Assembly (NCBI GenBank): GCA_965658655.1
Contig: CBFHTA010000001.1
Span: 40,722 to 104,721 of the forward strand
Reading direction: 5' to 3'
Origin: Candidatus Babelota bacterium
GTDB lineage: Bacteria; Babelota; Babeliae; Babelales; CAIQNR01
Length of the DNA stretch: 64,000 nucleotides
The number at the start of each line of letters is the position of its first letter. Positions within the stretch are counted from its first letter, which is position 1. A model generated the notes under the pieces. The model had not been told where the DNA came from, made no database searches, and worked only from the letters and a program-made list of their open reading frames with translations. Of the stretch, positions 1-7,562 are shown in pieces. A program made the translations under genes and the position numbers.

Positions 1-2
1 AA

Positions 3-560
3 AAACTTCCTATTTTTATCGGTCTTGTTCCTTCTACAGATATAACATTGTATGCAATTAAAGAACTGATTTTAGAAGACACTGATACTCCTGCAATCTT
101 TACCGCATTAGATAAGATTTTTCCAGATGACATAAAGTCTAGTTATCCGGACGTGTTTTATATCAAAAAACTTACTTGTAAAAATATAACATGTAAAAAC
201 GTGGTAATCAGTAATGAAAATTTTAAGTTAAAAACTAGCCAAAAAATTATAAATTTTAATCGAAACATTAATAAAGTCGACGATATTATTGATTCTAAAC
301 TCTATCAAGAAAACATAAAAAAAGGTGAAGAAAAGTTGAAAGAGCTAGATGAAAAAGCTAAAAAATTTAAAACTCATAAACCACATTCTGAATTTTTAGA
401 CTTTGCGCAACTTCGGCAAGATTTAATAGAAATGAAACCCGAAGAGTTCACAGAAGACGTTATTCAAGATTTTAAAGAAGAGTTCGACAATAATAATAGT
501 TTATCTGACGCAGAAAGAATAATTCTAAAAAGCACCCTAGAGGCTCAAAGTTATTTGTAA
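3..560 (+). CDS. Hypothetical protein, 5'-truncated by window edge
   Basis: ORF 48..560 stays open back to base 3 (KLPIFIGLVPSTDITLYAIK...); K/E-rich; no recognisable motif. Confidence 0.6.
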   Translation, partial: KLPIFIGLVPSTDITLYAIKELILEDTDTPAIFTALDKIFPDDIKSSYPDVFYIKKLTCKNITCKNVVISNENFKLKTSQKIINFNRNINKVDDIIDSKLYQENIKKGEEKLKELDEKAKKFKTHKPHSEFLDFAQLRQDLIEMKPEEFTEDVIQDFKEEFDNNNSLSDAERIILKSTLEAQSYL

Positions 561-561
561 A

Positions 562-1008
562 TTAACAATCGCATCCACATTTTGATGGGCCTTGAGCATC
601 AAGATAAGCATTCATAAGAACAACATCATCTTTATCTTTTTGACGAAACTCACCATTTAATAACAAGCTCGTTTTAGCGTTGCACAAGAATTCAATCGTA
701 ATATAACGAACGTCACCTATTACAATTGAATGCTCTAATAAAGATTCAAAAGTCCACTGTTGCTCAACAATAGTCCACACGGTACCAACATCTAATAAAC
801 CAAAATCGAGCGAAGCTCTATCTTTTCTTTCTTTTTCTTTAAACGTAAACGACGTATTTTTTAAAAGCTGCTTGTATGTTTGCTCAGAAACAATAACTTC
901 AATAGCATTACTTTTGCGGAGCTCAAGGGCATTTAGAATACCGGAGCCTATAACAATAGCATTATCTAAATTGAGATAGAATTCTGACAAAAGCGCTTTG
1001 ATATTCAT
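562..1008 (-). CDS. Small Pol-beta-like nucleotidyltransferase-fold protein, possibly degenerate
   Basis: IVIGSGILNALELRKSNAIEVIV resembles GS...R..DxD; C-terminal RQKDKDD resembles the R-x-KD-x-x-D tail. Confidence 0.45.
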   Translation of the reverse strand: MNIKALLSEFYLNLDNAIVIGSGILNALELRKSNAIEVIVSEQTYKQLLKNTSFTFKEKERKDRASLDFGLLDVGTVWTIVEQQWTFESLLEHSIVIGDVRYITIEFLCNAKTSLLLNGEFRQKDKDDVVLMNAYLDAQGPSKCGCDC

Positions 1009-1037
1009 AATTATGCTTTAAATGGAGAAGGTAAAGG

Positions 1038-1114
1038 TGGTGCGCCCGATAGGATTCGAACCTATGACCTACAGATTAGAAGTCTGTTGCTCTATCCAAC
1101 TGAGCTACGGGCGC
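1038..1114 (-). tRNA. tRNA-Arg (anticodon UCU)
   Basis: Reverse complement GCGCCCGTAGCTCAGTTGGATAGAGCAACAGACTTCTAATCTGTAGGTCATAGGTTCGAATCCTATCGGGCGCACCA gives a full cloverleaf, loop CT-TCT-AA, GTTCGAA T-loop and encoded CCA. Confidence 0.97.
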
Positions 1115-1128
1115 GTCAAGAAGCTTTT

Positions 1129-1157
1129 AGTATAAGGCAACTCACAAAGCTTTTCAA
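1129..1157 (-). promoter_or_regulatory. Putative sigma70 promoter for tRNA-Arg
   Basis: Minus strand TTGAAA-N17-TATACT ending 15 nt upstream of the tRNA 5' end. Confidence 0.55.
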
Positions 1158-1164
1158 ATTTATA

Positions 1165-2667
1165 TTATTCTGATGGCATAAATAGAGAGCCAAACTCACG
1201 AGCAGCCGTATGAAGTTCTCGCTCCTGATCCTCTGAAATATCTTTAGTTTCCAAAATAGCTTTATAAAGTTTGGGATACACAGATTCCACATAACTAACA
1301 AACTGAGTTACAAACGTGTGAATCTGACTAATCTCAATATCATCAAGAAAATCCCCATCTAAAACAAAAAGCATGAGCGCTTCTTGAATGAAGCTATAGG
1401 TGAGATATTGAGGCTGCTTAAGCACTTCTATAGCTCGCCGACCTTGATTTAATCGACGCTGAGCAGAATCATCAAGCTCAGTACCAAACTGAGAGAAATC
1501 TAACAATTCTCGATACTGTGCCAATTCAAGACCAAGCGTTTTTGCCATCTTTTTAACAGCAGAAGTTTGAGCGGCACCACCAACACGAGAAACAGAAAGA
1601 CCAATATTTATAGCGGGACGTATTCCACTTTTAAACATTTGGTCATCCAAGAAGATCTGACCATCGGTAATAGAGATTAAATTTGTAGGAATATACGCGG
1701 TAATATCGTCTGCCTGAATTTGAATAATAGGCAAAGCAGTTAATGATCCACCATTTTTTATTTTCCCTGCACGTTCAAGTAAACGAGAATGTAAATAAAA
1801 TACATCACCAGGGTAAGCTTCACGACCCGGTGGACGACGAAGAAGCAACGACATTTCACGATACGCAATGGCATGATTACTTAGATCGTCATAAACAATT
1901 AAAGCATCCTTGCCTTGACTTCTATAGTATTCACCAATCGTACACCCAACATATGGTGCAAGATATTGGCACAATACAGAATCAGAAGAATCCGCACTAA
2001 CAATAACAGTATATTCCAGTGCTCCATTTTCTACTAAGAGACGCATGTTACGAGCCAGATTTGCTTGCCGTTGACCAATAGAAACAAAGATACAGATAAC
2101 GTTTTTATCTTTTTGATTCAAAATAGTATCAAGCGCAAGTGCTGTTTTCCCTGTTCCGCGGTTACCAATAATGAGTTCACGCTGACCTTTACCAATAGGC
2201 ACTAACGCATCTACCGCAAGAATTCCTGTTTCAAGCGGTTCATTAATAGGACTTCGTTCAATAACACCTGGAGCAAATGCTTCGATAGGCCAATGGTCTG
2301 TAACGTCAATATCACCTAAACCATCGATTGGTTTTCCTACAGCATTAATAGCACGGCCAAGCAATCCATCACCAACCGGTGCTTTAAATACTTTGCCTGT
2401 ACGCTTGGCAACTTCCATTTCTTTAACGGGAATCGTGTTATATAAAAGAAAGATAGAAACATAGCTTTCTGCAAGATCTAAAACAATCCCTCTATTACCA
2501 CCTTCGAAATCGATCATTTCGTTATATACAGCATTATCAAGACCGTGAACACGACAAATACCATCGCCCACCTGAATAACAATACCAATTTGATCTAGAT
2601 GCGTTTGAGGCGCATCACTCAATGACTGTTCAAAGAGAGATACGAGATCTGCACTTTTAATTTCCAT
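1165..2667 (-). CDS. atpA: F0F1 ATP synthase subunit alpha
   Basis: VGDGI, PIGKGQRELIIGNRGTGKT, RRPPGREAYPGDVFYLHSRLLERA, SVSRVG. Confidence 0.98.
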   Translation of the reverse strand: MEIKSADLVSLFEQSLSDAPQTHLDQIGIVIQVGDGICRVHGLDNAVYNEMIDFEGGNRGIVLDLAESYVSIFLLYNTIPVKEMEVAKRTGKVFKAPVGDGLLGRAINAVGKPIDGLGDIDVTDHWPIEAFAPGVIERSPINEPLETGILAVDALVPIGKGQRELIIGNRGTGKTALALDTILNQKDKNVICIFVSIGQRQANLARNMRLLVENGALEYTVIVSADSSDSVLCQYLAPYVGCTIGEYYRSQGKDALIVYDDLSNHAIAYREMSLLLRRPPGREAYPGDVFYLHSRLLERAGKIKNGGSLTALPIIQIQADDITAYIPTNLISITDGQIFLDDQMFKSGIRPAINIGLSVSRVGGAAQTSAVKKMAKTLGLELAQYRELLDFSQFGTELDDSAQRRLNQGRRAIEVLKQPQYLTYSFIQEALMLFVLDGDFLDDIEISQIHTFVTQFVSYVESVYPKLYKAILETKDISEDQERELHTAAREFGSLFMPSE

Positions 2668-2673
2668 AACACC

Positions 2674-3213
2674 TCATCCTAATGATTCTTGAAGAGCTCG
2701 CAAGCGTTTTTTAACTGATTTTTCCCATAATAAAGACGTGCTTTGTAAGCGTATACCGGCAATAAGGCTTGTGTCAACTCGATAAGCACAGTCAATAGCG
2801 CCTTGTACACGTTTATCTAAAAAATGCATAATCTGTTCTTTCTGCTGTACAGAAAGCTCCGATGAACTTGCAACTTTGAAATGTGTAATACGTAATTCTT
2901 TTTCTTTAAAGACAACAATACAGTTAAAAACATCTGACAATAAAGACACCCGCTGACTTTTCATTAATAGAAGAAAAAGTTTCTCACACTCTTTTGGCAA
3001 ATCAAAGCGCTTACATAAATCATTAAATAAACCGCATTTCACTTCTTCCTTAACTAAGGATAACTCCATAAGGAACATTCCGTGTGGACGCTTCTTAAGA
3101 AATACACTGGCCTGCCTGAAGGCATCAAGATCTTGCTCTTTAATTTGCCCCGAAAATACTTGCAGAAAAGCTTCTGCATAACGTCGTGCCAATATAGGCC
3201 TTGCGCGATTCAT
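2674..3213 (-). CDS. atpH: ATP synthase subunit delta
   Basis: ARRYAEAF N-terminus, VDTSLIAGI C-terminal motif, position directly before atpA. Confidence 0.9.
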   Translation of the reverse strand: MNRARPILARRYAEAFLQVFSGQIKEQDLDAFRQASVFLKKRPHGMFLMELSLVKEEVKCGLFNDLCKRFDLPKECEKLFLLLMKSQRVSLLSDVFNCIVVFKEKELRITHFKVASSSELSVQQKEQIMHFLDKRVQGAIDCAYRVDTSLIAGIRLQSTSLLWEKSVKKRLRALQESLG

Positions 3214-3707
3214 GCTGCTTCCTGTTCTAAATTTTTAAGTGCTGACTCTAAAAAATCTTGCTGTTTATCTTTAACAGAAAAGTGTTTCTCTAATTGTTGA
3301 GTTGCATTTTCTATAACCGTTGGAGTGAGTTTTTTAACTAAATACAATTTAGTTAAAGTCTGCTCTTGTCTTTTTACTAGAGCACTAATCGCTCGTATCC
3401 CTTTTAACCGTTTTCTTGCTTCATCTTCTTGAGCTTGCTCAATTGACTCATTCCACATTTTAAGTTTCGATAAAAGTTCTTGAGCATATAATTTTTGTTC
3501 TTCAGTACTCTCTTGAACAGACTGACAGGCTTGTTGCGTTTTTTCTGCAAGCTCCTTAAGAGCTCTTTTTGCATCTTCTTTTTCTTTAATGCCTTGATCT
3601 ATAGTTGGAATCAATTGTGTTTTAATTAAATATACCAATACGGCTGCAACACAAATGAAGTTGGCAAACGAAATAGAAAAAATATAAGAAATAATAAGAT
3701 TAATCAT
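3210..3707 (-). CDS. atpF: ATP synthase F0 subunit b-like (divergent)
   Basis: N-terminal TM (FANFICVAAVLVYLI) then charged coiled coil; lies between b' and delta; start ambiguous (3707 or 3725). Confidence 0.7.
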   Translation of the reverse strand: MINLIISYIFSISFANFICVAAVLVYLIKTQLIPTIDQGIKEKEDAKRALKELAEKTQQACQSVQESTEEQKLYAQELLSKLKMWNESIEQAQEDEARKRLKGIRAISALVKRQEQTLTKLYLVKKLTPTVIENATQQLEKHFSVKDKQQDFLESALKNLEQEAA

Positions 3708-4068
3708 GAGACAACCTTGAAACAATCAAGTCGGTCAAGAGCGCACAATCCTTCTTTTCCTCTGTTTTAGTAATATGAGGAGGCTCGATTCTCTTAAATG
3801 AACGAGCAGAAACAACACTATGCACTATTGACTCTGGAATACGTTTTTTAAATTGCTGCTGATACCAAGACCACTGACGCCCCTGTTCTTTCTGTGCTTT
3901 TTCAAACAACTCTTTTTCTGAAGCTACTCCATTACTAAGCCTTGTAGTAGCTGCTTTCTCGTGTTGAATAGCCGAAACAACTGTACGAAACAAAAACGTA
4001 CGGAGCAACCACCAAGCAAATAAAAAATTGAAAATCTGTACAAAAAACGTTGCATTAAAATAGATCAT
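3700..4068 (-). CDS. ATP synthase F0 subunit b'/b2-like (short)
   Basis: NATFFVQIFNFLFAWWLLRTFLFR is a typical b-subunit N-terminus; follows atpE. Confidence 0.75.
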   Translation of the reverse strand: MIYFNATFFVQIFNFLFAWWLLRTFLFRTVVSAIQHEKAATTRLSNGVASEKELFEKAQKEQGRQWSWYQQQFKKRIPESIVHSVVSARSFKRIEPPHITKTEEKKDCALLTDLIVSRLSHD

Positions 4069-4086
4069 GGTTAACCCACAAATCCA

Positions 4087-4335
4087 TTATACATTATACA
4101 AAATTAACATCAGTCCAATAATAAAAGCATAGATAGCAGAAGTTTCTACCATACCCATTGCAAGCATCATTACAAAACGAATTTTGTTTGCATTCTCAGG
4201 GTACTTTCCCACACTTTCACAAGCTTTTGTCCCTATAAAACCTTGTCCTAAAGCTGGGCCAATACTTCCGACACCCATTGCAATTGCTGCCCCAATAAAC
4301 GCTGCTGCTTTTGCATAATAAATACCTTCAATCAT
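4087..4335 (-). CDS. atpE: ATP synthase F0 subunit c
   Basis: 82 aa, two TM helices, GPALGQG, polar loop KYPE, essential Glu in MVETSAIY. Confidence 0.96.
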   Translation of the reverse strand: MIEGIYYAKAAAFIGAAIAMGVGSIGPALGQGFIGTKACESVGKYPENANKIRFVMMLAMGMVETSAIYAFIIGLMLILYNV

Positions 4336-4417
4336 GCGGACCCCTTTCAGAAAATAAAGAGTTTACTATTGCATTTATAGTAACTAGAGCTTTAGTTTAC
4401 TCTATTTTTTTGTTTTT

Positions 4418-5137
4418 TTACAAGGAAAGAGATGAGGAAGTTCCTTGAACACCAACAGATTGAGGGCTTTGTATAAAAGAAACTATTGCTTTGCGATGCT
4501 TTTCCATTTGCTCTTTATCCCCTTCAAACTCCTGATTGCAATCAAGAATGAGTACTGGAACATCATGTAAATAAGCAGCAATTTCATGCTTATCTAACAA
4601 CCATGCCTCGTGTTTTTCATGTAGAGACTTTAAGTAATCTAAAGAAACACCTACTTCTTCTTCGCGTGCTCGTTTAGTTAAGCGTGCATAGCAAACTTCT
4701 GGTTCAGTCTTTAAATAAATAAAACCGGTTGGCTTTGGTGCATAATTCACAATCAACCATTCAAACCACTCTTGATACAACTTCCATTCAAGCGCACTCA
4801 TAGTTCCTAATTCAAAACAATTTTTTGCGAAACAATAACGATCGGAATAAACAGAACGCTCTAAAACCTGTATACCATGTTCGTTTCTTTTTGCTTTTTC
4901 CATCTGCTCAATAATACGTGTAATAAACGCATATGATTGAAAAGTGTACGCCCAACGTGGAGTGTCAGCATAAAATTTTTCTAGAAGATTATCTCCATCA
5001 CCCACATCTTGCCATTTTGTATGAGGTTCATACACAACCTGAACTGGTAACTCTTGCTCTATTAATGATAAAAAAGTTGATTTTCCTGCACCAATATTGC
5101 CTTCTAGAATAAAACTTTTTTGATCATACGAAACCAT
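4418..5137 (-). CDS. Deoxynucleoside kinase (dNK/dCK-dGK family)
   Basis: LEGNIGAGKST P-loop, YEP..W, ERSVYSD, RLTKRAREEE lid. Confidence 0.93.
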   Translation of the reverse strand: MVSYDQKSFILEGNIGAGKSTFLSLIEQELPVQVVYEPHTKWQDVGDGDNLLEKFYADTPRWAYTFQSYAFITRIIEQMEKAKRNEHGIQVLERSVYSDRYCFAKNCFELGTMSALEWKLYQEWFEWLIVNYAPKPTGFIYLKTEPEVCYARLTKRAREEEVGVSLDYLKSLHEKHEAWLLDKHEIAAYLHDVPVLILDCNQEFEGDKEQMEKHRKAIVSFIQSPQSVGVQGTSSSLSL

Positions 5138-5246
5138 GGTTATCCCTTTGTGTTAGCATCGTTTTATCTTAGAGCTTAATTAACGTATACTTAAACATCT
5201 GTAAAATTTTTTGAATAAAAGTAGTGTACGTCAAAATGAGAAAATT

Positions 5247-6833
5247 ATGAAGTTTACAAAAAAGTTTTTTTATCTCGTTTGTTTTTTACTTATTCACACT
5301 TGTGTGAATGCACAATTAAGTCTAGAAGAGCAGATCGAAGCAGACCTCTTTGATTTTGATCCATCTATTACAGCAATGGATGTCACTGAACCCACCGTTA
5401 CTCGTGGAACGCCCACAGAAACCGTTGGTATTCTAACTGGTCTAGTAGAAGCTCAAACCATTTTGCAAGAGTCTTTATATTATAGAACAAATCCTATCGC
5501 TCGAAAAAGCGTTGTTGATTTACCTATCTTTCAACAATTCAACAGCTTTAATTACAATGAATCTACCACTTTCAACTGTATTCCTTTTTATAGTCAAACC
5601 TTTAATGAGATATACTACAAAGAGTTCAATGAGCTTAAAGACTATATCGATGTAGAACAAAAACATTTAATTCGAAGAATCGATGACTTCCATTTAACCA
5701 CCTTTAATATTCCACGAGTATTGCAATTGTTTGGTAAAATGAAACTTCAAGAACACCGCATTGGACTACTCTTTAATTGGGAAAAAATACGATCCAATTG
5801 GGCTCTTTCTATTCGTACACCTTTTTACTACGACGAGCATAACTTTTATCTTAATCGTACCCAACGGGATCAAATTACCGAGCTTCTAGGAGAAACAGAT
5901 CCACAATTTGCTTTTGACCATATGGTTGCTGATTTTCTTTCTTTAGGAGACACCAAGCTCTGCTTTGAATATTTAATGAAACAAGATCATCGCTACGACC
6001 TTGCAATTGGTTTACGAGCTACATTACCCACTAAGTTACGCATGAGCAAAGGCCTTGCAGGTGCTTACTTTGATGTTGACAAAGATCCAAAATCGTTAGA
6101 TCTCCACACTGATTTACTGGGAATCCCCGACAATCCTTTAAATGATGCTGGCTACACCACAGCAGAAAAAAATTTGATTGAAAAAAACGCTACAGACTTT
6201 GTGTTAGACGCACTCGATCATCTTTCTACTCTTTTACTAGAACAGGGAAGCCGCAATCATTTTCATGTCGGTGTAGGCCCTCAAATGCATTCTACTATGC
6301 ATTTTAATAGCAAATGTTATTTGACTAATCTTTTGTCTTGCGAGGTCTTTACTCCTGCAAACGAACGTCGTTTCTTCTTGATTAAAAACGATAAAGCTGC
6401 TTTTGATGCTTTTAATTGGGACGACACTGGTGCTGCCATCCCCGAAAAACTTATTTTTTTAAACAAGCAACTTAAAGAAAAGTTCTTTCCACCTGGTTAC
6501 AATGTTTCTGTATTCCCAGGAATATTACTACAAAGCACCTCTGGCTTAGTTTTTGAACGACGAAGAGTTATTTTAACTTTGGGCACCGATTTCTGGTTCC
6601 ATTCAAAAGAAAGTTTTGGGACCATTTACGCCCCAAGCAACATAAAATCACTTCTTGATCTTGAAAAAGCAAAAATGGGTAATCGCTACCAATCATCTCT
6701 ATGGGTAGGCCTTGAACGTAACCTAAAACCTCATTATACCTGGAACTACGGTGCTAAACTAAGTGTTGGAACATGGAGCAGCGGAATTGGTTCGAGTACC
6801 AGTTTTGCTTTCTATATAGAAAAACTATTTTAA
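5247..6833 (+). CDS. Secreted hypothetical protein, possible outer-membrane beta-barrel
   Basis: Signal peptide MKFTKKFFYLVCFLLIHTCVNA from ATG 5247; amphipathic strands; terminal Phe (SFAFYIEKLF). Confidence 0.6.
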   Translation: MKFTKKFFYLVCFLLIHTCVNAQLSLEEQIEADLFDFDPSITAMDVTEPTVTRGTPTETVGILTGLVEAQTILQESLYYRTNPIARKSVVDLPIFQQFNSFNYNESTTFNCIPFYSQTFNEIYYKEFNELKDYIDVEQKHLIRRIDDFHLTTFNIPRVLQLFGKMKLQEHRIGLLFNWEKIRSNWALSIRTPFYYDEHNFYLNRTQRDQITELLGETDPQFAFDHMVADFLSLGDTKLCFEYLMKQDHRYDLAIGLRATLPTKLRMSKGLAGAYFDVDKDPKSLDLHTDLLGIPDNPLNDAGYTTAEKNLIEKNATDFVLDALDHLSTLLLEQGSRNHFHVGVGPQMHSTMHFNSKCYLTNLLSCEVFTPANERRFFLIKNDKAAFDAFNWDDTGAAIPEKLIFLNKQLKEKFFPPGYNVSVFPGILLQSTSGLVFERRRVILTLGTDFWFHSKESFGTIYAPSNIKSLLDLEKAKMGNRYQSSLWVGLERNLKPHYTWNYGAKLSVGTWSSGIGSSTSFAFYIEKLF

Positions 6834-6852
6834 TCTTTAAAAAGGGATTACT

Positions 6853-7497
6853 ATGAACAAGAAAATTTTTCTTTCAATTATACTTTTAACCTCATTTGCC
6901 CCTAAGCTATTTCCATCTACTATGGTTAAAATCGAAGACCCAATTTTACAATTGGTAGACGGCATTCCAGGAGCTATGGATGCCGTCGCTTTAAAAAAAT
7001 GTTTTGATACTTGGAAGGTCATCGACACTATTCAATATAAAAAAACCTATGATTTAGACGGCAAGCAAGTAACACTCCGAGACTTAGTTGTTCTAGAAAT
7101 GAAATATAAAAAAGAGAACGTTGCTGCAGATACGCCTGAGTACAAAGCACTAGAGAAAACATTAAAAGTAGTAAAAGTAGAATTCTCTAAAGCAACCCAA
7201 CCACTTTTAAAAGATGTAGAGAATGATCCTGTACAAAAAGAAAACAATCAAAAACTGGTTGCGCTCTACACAAAGATCACCAAACTTGTAAACTCACTTT
7301 TAAGTTCTTGGGGAAAAGCTGATGAAACCGAGCTATTAGCTGCTTCTGATACAAAAGAATTCTTTATTTTCCTTAACCATCTCAAGGGATTTTTAAGAAG
7401 TTTAATGTACAGCTGTGTTAAAGCTCGCACTCTGTTTAAAAAAGAATGTCTCAAAAAAGAAGATCACGCAGCATTTGATAAGTTTTTTACCAATTAA
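6853..7497 (+). CDS. Secreted hypothetical alpha-helical protein
   Basis: RBS aaggg; MNKKIFLSIILLTSFA signal-like N-terminus; followed by terminator. Confidence 0.75.
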   Translation: MNKKIFLSIILLTSFAPKLFPSTMVKIEDPILQLVDGIPGAMDAVALKKCFDTWKVIDTIQYKKTYDLDGKQVTLRDLVVLEMKYKKENVAADTPEYKALEKTLKVVKVEFSKATQPLLKDVENDPVQKENNQKLVALYTKITKLVNSLLSSWGKADETELLAASDTKEFFIFLNHLKGFLRSLMYSCVKARTLFKKECLKKEDHAAFDKFFTN

Positions 7498-7512
7498 AGA
7501 TTAATATTAAGC

Positions 7513-7547
7513 AATAAAAAAGGCCTCGCAATTGAGGCCTTTTTATT
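7513..7547. terminator. Bidirectional intrinsic terminator
   Basis: A-tract, GGCCTC-gcaatt-GAGGCC stem-loop, T-tract, between convergent genes. Confidence 0.85.
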
Positions 7548-7562
7548 TATATAAGAATATTC

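Noticed and set aside
1..1114. Prophage or integrative element at tRNA-Arg
   Set aside because: No integrase, att duplication or phage gene is visible in the window
4087..4335. N-ATPase operon
   Set aside because: A separate delta gene is present and no atpQ/atpR or N-ATPase gene order is seen
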